From: the human T2T-CHM13v2.0 reference genome, Homo sapiens
Length of the DNA: 64,000 nt
Assembly: GCF_009914755.1 (NCBI RefSeq)
Contig: NC_060929.1
Reading direction: 5' to 3' (one strand)
In this document: one piece after another, positions 30,732 to 45,309 of the stretch
How positions within the stretch are numbered: position 1 is the first letter of the stretch
How the letters are laid out: each line of letters opens with the position of its first letter
Notes under the pieces: model-generated
Databases searched by the model: none
The model's input: only the letters and a program-made list of their open reading frames with translations
Told to the model about the DNA's origin: nothing
Program-made: the position numbers and the translations under genes

Positions 30732-32206
30732 TGACAGACACTGTGTCTATTCAGCAAATACAACAGTGAAATTCTAGGCACCTACCTTCATTCTATTAGG
30801 AAACTGACCATCAGATAAATACCTGCAGCATAATGTGAATACTGTTCTGCTTAATTTTTCACACTTCTTTTATAGTTTTAGTCCATTAGCTTTCTTTCTG
30901 ACTAGGAAGGTTTAAGATGTCACATTTGTAATCTGTAATTATGTAACATTTATTTCTGGTAATAGATGAAGCTTTTATCATAAGCTGTGTGTACTGCTTC
31001 ATTATTAAACCTGAAGCAAAGCCTTTTTTTTTCTTTTCCTTGAATTTCTTCCATCTTTCATGGGGAAAATAAATTAGGCTCAATCTATATTATATACAAC
31101 ATGTGTTATAAAAGCTTGCCATTGTAGACAATAATAATGTCAAACTTTATTTGGTTTCATTTAATGAGGGAATACCAACTTCCCATTTAAAAGAAAACCT
31201 TGTATTTCATAAGGTTACATAGGACGATATTTAAATAGAATTCTTGGAGGTTAAATTTAGAATGCAGAATATGTTCAATAGAAGATTAATCTCTGGCCCT
31301 GTTGAATTGTACTTAAAAACATAGACACATTTTCAGGCACTTCAAGTTCCTAAGTTGCTGTAACATTGCAGTTTGTGAATTTGTACAGAACTGTTTGATT
31401 GAAAATGTTTAAAAAGGCATACTGATAAAGAATTCAACTCAGGCATTAAAAATGAAATGGAAATATAGTAGGAAATATTGGCATGGAAAATGGTAAATAA
31501 AAAATGCATGTTTTAAAACAGTAACTACTGTATGAAGCATATATGCATGTGGTAATACATGAATGCGTATTCGCCAGATTGCAGATAAAAATCAAGTTAC
31601 ACGAAATGAAATATTGAAATTTTATTGAATTGCTTTGCCTGTTGTATAATATGAAAATTCATCTTCCACCTCTTCAATGAGAAACTCTTCTAGCGTCTTT
31701 CATTATTGTCACTCTCTTTGATGTCTGCTTCTTGCAACCACTCAATATAGATTTTAGACTCAAGTTTATTATTCCCAGCAGAAAAATGACAACATGCAAA
31801 TTGTGTCATGCTGTCTTCAGCTCACACCCTGTCTTATATCTGCTGTAAACTAACTAGTGGACATAAATACCTGCCCCACCATATACCAACTTATTTTTCA
31901 TGCTCATAAATGCTTAAAAATTTAAGCTCAAAAGGAAATCTGCTCTTTACATGCAAACTTATAAATAGAAAAAGAATTGAAGGACCATATACCAGGATAT
32001 TAACAGCAATTAATTCTGAGGACTAATAATACAATGCATTCTTTTTTACTTAATTTGTTTTTCTACTGTGAACATATACTGTTTTTTGAAGAAAAGTATA
32101 AGAATAACATTAAAAAGTGTAAGTACATAAAACTCAGGAAATGTCTAAAAATAAAATAATAAATTGCTTAGTTTAATTAACATTGGCCAAAGACCCACTG
32201 CACTTA

Positions 32207-32555
<349 letters not shown>

Positions 32556-33607
32556 CTAAATAAAATCAATTTGTTATACTTAAAATATTGGATAGTTCAC
32601 TAATTCTGCTGTTTTGTCATAAGGGTACTACTCTAAGGCATGGCTTGTTATGAAAATTTAAATTACTCACCTATACAGTGCCAATACAGAGTAGTGATTA
32701 TTTGTTAGCATCTGTTTTCATGTAGATCACAGGGTGATCAGGGTGGAAATATATTACTAAAAACATATTCACCTAAAGTATTGTTAAGTTTTATAATTGA
32801 TTGGAATGAGGGGAAATAAAAGAAGAACCTAATTAGTTTAGGGGCATAGAAAGACCTCTTTCTTTAAGAAAATGAACTTTAAACTGAGATATAAAATATT
32901 AAAAAGAGTTATTCTAGACTAAGGAGAAAGAGGGCATTTTGGAAAGGAAAATGACACTGTCACATTTGCCTTTAAAAAAGAATACTAAAAGTGGAAAATA
33001 TTCTTCCTTCAATAAATGTATATAAGAAACACACTAAACTGAAACAGTTTTAGAAGTTCTTGAATATATTACTCATAATTCAGAACATCTCACTAAATTT
33101 ATACAACAATATTCAAGAATATATATGTACTATACATCTTTGCAAGGTAGTATAATAATATAATAGCCCTACTGTTTATAGTAAATGATATCATATTATG
33201 TTTCTACTTCTTTCCTAGTGGCCATAATATCTGTAACATATATGCATGTAACTCTGTTCAAAGAGTTGTGTGTGTATGTGTGTGTGTGTGTGTATGAATA
33301 GGCTATAAGTAGGAGGGTTTACTTGTTTATTTCTTCACTTTTCATTTCCTAAGGTTCATTAAATACTGTGTGAATAAATATTTCTTATCCAAGTAAAGTA
33401 TAGTAGAGGTACCAAATGTGTCATTTATTTTTTATATGTGTAACAATGTTAAACAGTATACAATTTTAGGCAAGGTGAAACTAGTCTATTGCTTCTGTTT
33501 TCTAATATGGCAAAATTATGTGAATATAAGCAACAAATAGCATTAGTTACTATTAACCCTCTGTCCCACCAATTGACAAAGTGTTTACAAATAGAAACTA
33601 CTGGGGA

Positions 33608-33918
33608 GGCTAGACACAAAACACGGTAGCTCATGCCTGTGATCCCAGCACTTTGGGTTGCCGAGGTGGGTGGATTGCTTGAGTTCAGGAGTTTGAGACC
33701 AGCCTGGCCAACATGGTGAAACCCCATCTCTACTAAAAATACAAAAATGAGCATACCACGGTGGTGGGTGCCAGTAGTCCTAGCTACGTGGGAGGCTGAG
33801 GCAGAAGAATCTCTTGAACCCAGGAGGCAGAGAAGGTTGCAGTGAGCAGAGATTGCACCTTTGCACTCCAGCGTGCATGACAAGAGCAAAACTCTGTCTC
33901 AGAAAAAAAAAAAAAAAA
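33608..33918 (+). mobile_element. Alu (Jb/Sz-like), followed by a left-monomer fragment (~33935-33995)
   Basis: Dimer with A-tail, then 'ttgaggccagtagtttgagaccagcctaggcaac'. Confidence 0.9.
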
Positions 33919-34217
33919 TCAACAAAGCTTTTGGCTTACTTGAGGCCAGTAGTTTGAGACCAGCCTAGGCAACAGGGCAATACCCCATCTCTAAACAAAT
34001 TTAACTTAATTTAAAAAGACTAACAGGGATCTATGAGGATCCATTCAGAAAATGCAAAAATCTAACCTAGATACCACCCCCTCAAAACCACTTCACAATA
34101 AATCTTTTTTTGGAAGCAAGCTAAAACTAACCTAAACCGACCCAAAGGAAAACATAGGCCATTCCATTCCCTTCCTTTGCTCCAAAGTTACACAGCAGCA
34201 CTTCTTCACTATCTAAA

Positions 34218-34302
34218 GCGAACTTCTACAACCTGCAGCCAAGGACGGCTTTGAACGCAGCCCAACACAAATGGTAAATTTTCTTAAAACATTATGAGTT
34301 TT
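34218..34302 (-). mobile_element. MER30 (hAT-Charlie MITE), one half only
   Basis: 'ggacggctttgaacgcagcccaacacaaatggtaaattttcttaaaacattatgag'. Confidence 0.8.
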
Positions 34303-34303
34303 C

Positions 34304-34651
<348 letters not shown>

Positions 34652-36229
34652 TTAACCTGCATTTCCAGGAAACAATTAGAACTTAGTCTTAATTTTGCAT
34701 TCATCTGATTCTACAACTCTTCTGGTGGCAACATTAGCCTAATAATAGCAAGGATGGAAATAAAATAGGGAATAATGTTTGTTAAAAGGCTTCTTAATGA
34801 ATGATAGAACGAAAACAAGTCACCTATTTTGGTTGCCTGAATATACTGCTATGTCCCTTATTACAGAATGAGACTATAATCGAGCAAGTAGAGCACTATT
34901 TAATTTTTTTAAAAAAATGATGTGCTACTATTTTTTATGTTACTCTTATGTACTTCCCCAGTGTAGGATATGTTAACTCATTGAAACACCAGGGAAGCAT
35001 TTACTCTACTGAAGAACTTAATTTAATAGGACCCTAGGAGCTTGAAAAGCAACTTACTCAGTGGGAGAATTTGGCTTAGTACGTTCAGTGATGATGCAGC
35101 ACCCAAAGGTATTGAATTTTAAATGAATCCATGAACCTAATAAATCATCCCAGCTGTCAAGTGAAATCTAATTTGTGAAAAATTTATTACCCATGATTAT
35201 CGTGTATTAAACATAAGATTTGAAATCTAAGCAAATGTTATATTCCTAGTTGGATAAATACTCTAGATTGCAAGGAGTCTTTAATGCATTTTGACATCAG
35301 GCTGGCCATGGCAGAGTTGATATTTCTAAGGAATATCATCTCAGTCTTTGATATCTCATGCTTTTCACGTCATTCATAGTACTGAACCCATCTCTAATCA
35401 TGTCACATATATCTTTGTGCTTTGACTTCTAAATCCATTCATTCATTGCTTTCTGAATGCCCATATATCTCCTTAGCTTGATCCAATGTCCTCAGTGTCA
35501 TTTTGGAGGTGATAAAAGACAACACAGACTCTGAAGGAAGGGTGTGTAGTGACAAAATGCACCTTGAAATCACTAAAATTAGATTTGTGGTTTATGGCTG
35601 CGTTTCACTGCAGCAATACTACTCAATGAAACATTTGTGTTTTTAACTTCTGTCTTGACCAAATGGGACATTCCATATAAAAAAGCAAACATTATCTATA
35701 TCTTCATTAACTTTCATGCACGGTAAAGATGACAAAATTTATAAAAATCTAACCCAAAATTTTGGCCTTATCATTAAATCAAGTCCTGATAAAATTCATC
35801 CAGTGATTATTGAAATTTGTAATTGATTGATATAAAAGTTGCCAAGCATTTATTGTGCAGTATTCTATAAGACCATAGTAAATATAATTCACATCTTGGC
35901 TATAGCAAATCACACAGCAGAGATCCATTTCTATATCTCAAACACCAAAGCTAAAATATCTGGGAAACTATTCATTATCTGTTCAATTTACAATTATTAA
36001 CAGCCTCTAGATCATTGTTTAGAATCATTAAGATGTTCAAACATATTTTTAATTGTTTATGTCTATTTGTGAAATTTACTGTGAGATAAATATCAAGCTG
36101 TTTTTGGCGAAAATATGCAATTCATCATTGACTTTATGAATGATAAGTTTACATCACATATTTACATTATGATACGTAAATTAGTAGATATACATTTATG
36201 CAAATAAGTTTGTACTTTCGAAAGTATAC

Positions 36230-36520
36230 ACATATACTTTCTAAAAGGTATATATATTATATATTATGTATTAAATATATAATCTATATATAGACTATGT
36301 ATTTAGATTATATATAATTTATATATAATTTATATATAATCTATGTTATATATAAATATATAGATTTATATAAATTATATATAATCTATCTATATAAATA
36401 TATATAAAATCTATATATAGACTATATGTTTAGCCTATAGATATCTACCCCTATTGTCTATGTAGTCTATATATATATATAGACTATAGATTATAGATAC
36501 AGATATATATATAAATTTAC
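36230..36520. repeat. (TA)-rich low-complexity tract with a 24-bp palindrome (36463-36486)
   Basis: tagtc(ta)7gacta within degenerate TA repeats. Confidence 0.85.
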
Positions 36521-36539
36521 ATCTTAGATGGCAATATGT

Positions 36540-37100
36540 TCAATGAAAAGAAAAGCACAGTTAGGGACACAGAAGCTTGAAAATATGTGGAAAGAGAGCT
36601 CTGTAAACAGGGGGAAGAGCGTGGTGTGGTGAGAGTGTCTTTGGCCAGTTCAAGGACAGCAAAGAAACTGATGCAGACAGTGTGAGGGGCTTTATAGGGC
36701 TTGTTAACAACTTTATCTTTTATTGTGAGTGAAGTGTGAAACCATTTAAAAATATAAGTGAAGTGCCAATTTCTAGTTTACTCTTTTTAAAGACTGAAGA
36801 ACAGGAAATATGAGGAAATAAAGGGGAATTCCGTGTGATCTATCTGATGGTTGTGTCAGTGTAGTTTGAAGGTAGAGCTAATAGATTTACTGATGAATTG
36901 GGGATAGGATGTGACAGAAAATAAATAAAAGATGAATATTTGGTAACTAGAAAAATGTGACTGCACTTCCTGAAATGAGAGAATGTGCAGAAGGTACATT
37001 TAGGAGCACAGTGGAGAAATGAGTTTTGAAACTGATCAGTTTGGGTTGCCTAACAGATTTCCAGATAGAAACATTAAGGAGGCAGTTGGGTATACAAAAG
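36540..37100 (-). mobile_element. L2 relic
   Basis: 'ttgaaggtagagctaatagatttactgatgaattggggatagg' is typical antisense L2. Confidence 0.65.
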
Positions 37101-37108
37101 AGAATATA

Positions 37109-37440
<332 letters not shown>

Positions 37441-39889
37441 TTATCTATTTATTGTTTCATTGATCACAATACAACAATTTCACAGTGGCTTTATTTCTTG
37501 CCATGACCTCAGGTTAAGTTTTTGTTTTCCATGATAAAGCTAACAAAAAAACAGAAAAAAAAAAAATACCTGTTTAAATGCCAGGTAGGGCATCAGCATA
37601 TTGTTTTATCACTGTGTTTAATGCAAGTTTGGGAAAGGTTTATGGGAGAAAACCTCATTTTGTGACCACTAGGGGAAGAGAACTTAGAAGATATATGGAC
37701 AAACTAGTCATTGATGACAAAGTATGAACAAGAAACTCTAGTTTACTGAAGTTTCAGCTTGTATTGCCATATATAAGAGCATTTGAAGCCTCACAACCCT
37801 TTAGCCTAATATTGTAAGTGGGGTATTGGTTGACAATGAATTTAGTCAAATTAGTGCCCTAATTTATTTCCAATATTTAAAAAGATGAAATGGAAAATTA
37901 GGGAAAAAATGTGTGCAGAAAACTAAACAGATGTATTTTTGGTGATTCATTTCAAAAATCTCATGGTGTAAAACTCAAACAATGAGAATTTAGTTAAACT
38001 TCAATTTGATATGTTAATTCTGTCTATAGCTACTACCTATATTGAAAATCATGCTGAACATGTCTTAAGCTTCTCCATAATTGTTTGTTCTCTGTTCTTT
38101 TTTTTTAAATCAACACAGATATTTCTAGCGAATGTCTCCCTATTTGCATAGTTTATGATAAGATGGAGCTAAAACTATACTAAACACTACACTTAAAATA
38201 ACCTGTTATTATAGACTAATAATTTATTTTATACCATCAACACTAAAAGTTACTTTCCAGTTTATATTCTTATATTAATACATATCATTTATTTTAGAGT
38301 TTCTAACTGCATTCCACAGTAAATATTAAAAGGACTTGAGCTAATATACTATTATTCCGATGTAATCACTCCATAAATTTTGTGATATATGGTATGCTTT
38401 TTATTAGATTTTTATACTGCATATTTAAAGCTAGCATTTGCCTAGTTAAGAACAATGGATTAGATGCCATGAACAACCATCTGAAATCCAGAAAAAACTT
38501 TAGTAGTAAGGAGTCCTTTGTTGGGAAATAACAATTCATTCAGTTCATCTGCTTAGCATATAAATTAAAAAACATGGATTGAAGTGATTACACTTAATTG
38601 ATTAGCTCTTTACTGAGTGCTAATTCTAGTTTGTTAGGCTAACACTAGCATCTGTTATGCATACATATCTCATAAAATCCACGTATTTGTTCAACATTAT
38701 TTTAGATGAGTTCATATCTAACTGCATATTCAATATATATTTAATTTTCAACAATAATTATACTATTGTTATCAAAAGTAAAAAGCCAGAGTGAAATGCC
38801 TTCTAAGATATTCACAAAATCACAGGGTATAGTTCCATTTACTTTACATTATTTAAATTAAAACATATTTGAAATATATGTGCTTAATACAAATCCTTAA
38901 AAAGGTGTACTTTAGTTAACTGCAGAAATCAGAAATTTATTATTAAATGCATCACTTTTTTGTGAATGTGTCTAATCTATTTTGTAACTTCTAAATTTCA
39001 CTTTGCTTTATTTAGTCCCTCTAATTCTACTATCTCCAGTAAGAAAATCGTTCCTTTTGTTGCCGTACATGATGATTTAAGACTAAATTAACATAGATAT
39101 TTACCTTCCTAAATAGTTTCACGGAGATCATAATTTCTTTTAAAGGAACTAAGAACACAGTGCGCCTGTAATTTGGCATGTCATGTCAAGTTATACAAGT
39201 CAGTTAAAGTGGACTGGTGAAGACCTGAGCCTAGAATAGGTTCCAGTGAATATTGGTAAGCTATATTTTAAGATTCTTAGGTATTACCATATGAGAGGAA
39301 AGAAGAGTTTGCCTGAAGGCAACTTTTGTAAATTTTGTAAATATTTAAAGAGTATTTTATATGCATCATGCCGTCCAGGTGATGGAGGCAGTACCAAAAT
39401 AATAAAAGAAAACTCCTCTCTTCAAAGAACTTACACTCTGGTTCTGGAGATATAAAAGTAAGTAAACAATTTGATGATATGATAAATGCAATAATAGAAG
39501 AAGCACAAAATACAGAGGAGGAATCACCAAACTCTTCCTGTATATATGAGGAAATATACACACCAGTCCGCACAAACAGTAGCACTTTTTTTATTGGTTA
39601 ATAGGCACCAGGTCTAAGTGACAGCTCACTTTGCTGCCCAACCTTTGACTCAAAAGGAAATTGCTCAAACCATTATCAGTTTGCCTGAACAGGAACAAAA
39701 AAACATTTTGTGGATCAAATTTGCTATGGATGAGGCATAGGATTGTTGTAGGAGCTTAAGGGCAGATGAATTTGGAGAATTAAAGGGAAACAACATTATA
39801 AATTTTTTTATAACCCCTTAGAGAGTTATAATGGGGTGGGCAAAGATATACACCTTTCATTAAATTGACTTTTATTGAACACCTAATTA

Positions 39890-40213
39890 GTGCTTGTCGG
39901 TTTGAACTGCTATAATAAAATAGCACAAATAGAGGGTCTTAAAGAGAAAACACTTATTTCACACAGTTCTGAAGGCTGGGAAGTCCAAGATCAAAGTACC
40001 AGAAGATTCAGTGTCTGGTGACAGGTTGCAACCTAGTTCATAGATGGTGCCTTCTTGCTAAGTTCTCACATGGTGAAGAGAAGAGGAAAACTCTCCCATG
40101 ACTTTTAAAATCTCATTCAGCAGGGCTTCACCCTCATGTCCTTACATCCTAATTAACTCCAAAGACCCCACCTCCCAATGTCATTGCATCAGGAGGTAGG
40201 TTTTCAACATATG
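39890..40213 (-). mobile_element. MLT1A-type LTR inserted in an L2 3' end
   Basis: 'cacagttctgaaggctgggaagtccaagatcaa'; L2-like sequence on both sides. Confidence 0.8.
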
Positions 40214-40542
40214 GTGAAGAGCAGTGGTGCTCTTTGCACAAACATTAGCAAACTTGCATTGGCCCGAGCATTCTATCCATAGTGGTGCTCTTCTAGATTT
40301 ATACCAGAAGAAAAATAAGAAGACAAAGCTTTGCATCCTCATGGGACTTACATTTATTGGCAAATATACAATAATCATTAAAACAATAAATGAGTAATAA
40401 TCTAGTATAATAGGAAATAAGTGCTATATAAAAGAAAATACAGAATAGGGTAAATGAGATTTAATGTGTGAATGACATAGTGAAGGCAGGTGGCAGTAAT
40501 GAATATGATACCCAAGAGTGGTCATATTTATTTAAAAAAAAA

Positions 40543-40720
40543 TTTTTTTGAGACAGGATCTCACTCTATTGCCCAGGCTAGAGTGTAGTGATGTGATCAT
40601 AGCTCACTGTGGCCTCAGCCTCTTGGGCTCAGGTGATCTTCCTGCTTCATCGTCCCAAGCTGCTCGGACTACAGGCATGCACCACAACACCCGGCTATTT
40701 CTTTTTAATTTTGTAGAGAC
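40543..40720 (-). mobile_element. AluJ right arm (truncated)
   Basis: 'gatcatagctcactgtggcctc...gggctcaggtgatc'. Confidence 0.9.
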
Positions 40721-40999
40721 TAAAAAATGAAAAGTATATTAAAATATTTAAGGTAGACATTATATCAGGGTTAACTTTGTATACAAATATATTATTCATT
40801 AATTCTTATGTGATCTGTTTTCAGAAACACATTTTTTAACAAGGAAGAGAATATGTATCTAAAGATAGTGTTTTGAAGGCTTATATATCAATCATTTACT
40901 AACGAATTCAAACTCCATTTATTCCATTGCACAGCATGATATATTTAGAACAGATTTGTGCAAGAAAATCACTCCAAACAATTATTCGAAGTATATTTA

Positions 41000-41456
<457 letters not shown>

Positions 41457-41794
41457 TTAATATATTCATATATTCTTTATTTATATGTAATCTATTAATA
41501 TATTTCAGTTATCCTGCATAGCACATGGTCAATGAGTTGTTCTAGTTTGTAAAAGTAATGCAGATTAAATTGCTATTTGGAACTAAAAGAAAGGTAGATA
41601 ACACCATATATGGATCTCTGATATGATCTGTATGGAGCACTATGATTTTGTTTACTTATATAAATCTGTTACTTTTCTTAGAATACTACAAAAAGCATGA
41701 TTATTTAAAATTGTGAAATACTATTTTCAGTATTCTAAATCACTAAAAGAAGAAAAAATACTGCAAAAAAGACTTCATAACTTCTAATTGGTGT

Positions 41795-42270
41795 TGACTG
41801 TAGTGATTTCCGGTTGCCTACCAAAATGTCTATTCTCCATTGCTTTTTCAGTAAGAGAAACTCAATATTCTTGTGTATGCATTGCCAACAAGTTAAATGA
41901 CTATATTTCCCAGCATTCCATGACAAGGATTATGTCCATATGACTAAGTTACAACAAATGAGATGTAAGTTTCATTAAAGGGAGAGAGTAAATCCTTATC
42001 TTTTTCTAAAGATTGACCTAGAATTCAAATACCATGGTCAGACTGTCAATTGCCATCTTGGCCCCTGAAGGTGGAGTTTACCCTTTAAGGAGGAAAGTGC
42101 GGAGAGGCAGAAGCTGCAAAAACACCTAATGAATTTTTGGAGCTTCCATGCATGTCCTAGACAGCCTCCCTCCGGATGGCTTTTATTAAAAAGAATAAAA
42201 TTATAAGCCTATAAATGCCTGGGGCTTTAGGTCTTCAGTGAAAACAGCTGAGCCTAGTCCTAAGTGATAA
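41795..42270 (+). mobile_element. Old MaLR LTR (MLT1H/I/J-like)
   Basis: 'gactatatttcccagcattcc...catatgactaagtt...aatgagatgtaag'. Confidence 0.6.
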
Positions 42271-42315
42271 CAGCACATGTTTAGTTCAGTCACATCCAAG
42301 TAGCAGGTGAATTTA

Positions 42316-42620
<305 letters not shown>

Positions 42621-43229
42621 ATTTTGAATGTGTAGAAAACCCTATCATAATAGGATTTCAAATGCACACGACTGTTTAAATTAAGCTAAAATATTGATAT
42701 TGATTTAGAATTTTGCATAGAAGGTAGAAGTAGTGGACTAAAGTTGGAAAATTCTCAAAACAGTTCATAGCAATAAAAGACATTATAGCAATCAGGAATT
42801 TCCTACCACCCTATTCAGTGCCCAGTACATAGTTAGCACCAGTAACAGTCACCAAACAAGTGAGCTTTTCTTACTGAAAAAAGACATGTGATAATAGTTT
42901 ACCGCCTTCGGGCCCAAGCATTTTTCTGATCAACTCTCTCTATAGATATAATTAGAAACACAACTTTCTGATAATTCATGAATTTGTGACATGTGACACA
43001 GTATATTAGAATGATTTATTCTAAACTAGAAAATACAGATATACAGCTTTGAAAGTGAACAAAGGGGTCTTCAACACTATCCATTTTATCAAATTCTGGA
43101 GGAAAGATGCTTAGACAACTGCAGTTTCAAGGTTATGTAATTTGTTTAATCTACAGAATTTCACTGAGCTCATTCATATTAAACAGGAAATAGCCACTTG
43201 AAAAATTTGGTGAGAAAAGAACTTCAGTT

Positions 43230-43600
43230 GCTCACTATCTGTGGTTCTCCTCTCCTTCTGAGCAGACAAGAGAATAACATTTTCTTATGCCTTGCAGTTG
43301 AGTGGGGCCGTGTTGCTAATTCTCACTGAGGAGCTGTGCCTGGCAGGGATGTGTTTCATACAGGCACTAAAGAATAAAGTATAGTGAAAGACCATCCATA
43401 TTTCTCTACTTGCAGTGTGGTAACTGCAGAAGATTTATTTTGTTGTGATGATACAGCCGCAAATTCAAAACAACATGGATCACTAAGTCATTGGTTGTGA
43501 GACAGTTGGCCTGGAGAATCAATGTTAAACTTTTTAGCATTAAATATATATTATATCATGTGAAACCGCTGAGATTTGGAGGTAGGTTTTAAAGAACTTA
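43230..43600 (+). mobile_element. MLT1H-like LTR relic
   Basis: 'ccttgcagttgagtggggccgtgt' and 'tgtgaaaccgctgagatttggagg'. Confidence 0.55.
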
Positions 43601-43705
43601 GAAAAAAATCTACATGTACAAGTTTCAAACCGGAAATATCATTCATTTTCTTTCTAAATCCTTATACCTTTTAATTGTCTTACACCACATAAGTCTAAGG
43701 CAATA

Positions 43706-43710
43706 ACACA

Positions 43711-43746
<36 letters not shown>
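43706..43746 (+). repeat. (CA)n microsatellite
   Basis: About 20 CA units with one interruption. Confidence 0.95.
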
Positions 43747-43748
<2 letters not shown>

Positions 43749-43913
43749 GATTTTTAAAGTTGATGTTACACAGAGGTAAGAGGTAAAGTAATGTTTTGGT
43801 CGCCACAAATGTGATGTGTTCTTATAAATAAGGTTTAAATACTAGGGTTTTAGAACTCATTTTTTAAAATAATTAAATTATATTTATTGATTTATTTTGC
43901 ATTGTCCTTGACA

Positions 43914-44197
43914 TTTTTTAACTTTTAGTTTAGGTTCAGGGGTACATGTGCAGTTCTGCTACATGGAAAATTGTGTGTCATGGAGGTTTGCTGTACAAAT
44001 GATTTTGTCACCCAGATAATTAGCATAGTACCCTATAGGAAGTTATTGACCCTCACCTTCCTCCCACCGTCCCCACTCAAGTGGGCCCTGGCGTCTATAG
44101 TTTCCATCGTTGTGTCCATGTGTACTCAATGTTTATTTAGCTCCCACTTAAAAATGAGATGTGGTATTTTGTTTTCTGCTCTTGTGTTAATTCACTA
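43914..44197 (-). mobile_element. L1PA15/16-like 3' end
   Basis: 'ggttcaggggtacatgtgcag...gtacaaatgattttgtcacccag'. Confidence 0.85.
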
Positions 44198-44319
44198 ATT
44201 CCTTAGATTTGATTTTTAGTAATGCTTTAGATAGAAAACCTGAGAGTTATTTTCAATGACCATACTCCCATTTGTTAAACCCATTGTTAAAGTTTTTCAA
44301 AGGGACACAAATAAATAAT

Positions 44320-44711
44320 AGATTAGAAGTTGTCTGCTCGGGCTGTGATAACAGAATCCTACAGCCTGGGTAATTTAAATAACATAAATTTATTGTTTCC
44401 TAGTTCTGGAGATCGGAAATCCAAGATCAAGGCGCCATCAGAGTTGATTTCTGATGAGGCCTCTCTCTTTAAGTGTCTTTTTTCCTGTGTCCTCGCATGA
44501 CCTTTTTTCCATGTGCATGGTGAGAGATAGAGATGTCTGATGTCTCTTCCTCTTCCTATAGAGACACCAGTTCTTTCAGATTAGGGCCCCACCTGTATGA
44601 CCTAATTTAACCTTAATTATTTCCCTAAAGGCCCTGTCTCCAAATACAGTCAAAATGAGCATTAGGGCTTAAACATATAAATTTTGGGAGGACACAATTC
44701 CATCCATAACA
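44320..44711 (-). mobile_element. MLT1A1/MLT1B-type LTR
   Basis: 'tccaagatcaaggcgcc', 'aaggccctgtctccaaatacagtc'; ends 'catccataaca'. Confidence 0.85.
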
Positions 44712-44993
44712 GCAGTATTACACTATTAGAATTATCTGTTTCAGGAGATAAAAATATATGAGAAGTGGGCAAGAAACATCTCCTTTTATCATACAAACAA
44801 AAGAAGCCAAATTTTTCAGTCATTGTTTTCAACCAAAAGGACTTACCCGTTAAGATTTTTGTCAAGTAGGCTGTGAGTATCCCTTGGGGGTAATATGCAT
44901 TCATCATAAGGGTTCTGCTTTTACCTTCTGCTTCTGCTACTTTAATACCAATCACTTCTCCATTGGAAATCCTCCTGACACCCTGAAGACTAA

Positions 44994-45309
<316 letters not shown>

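Noticed and set aside
35085-35180. GTGATGA box-C-like motif suggesting a C/D snoRNA
   Set aside because: No box D (CTGA) or terminal stem at a suitable distance.
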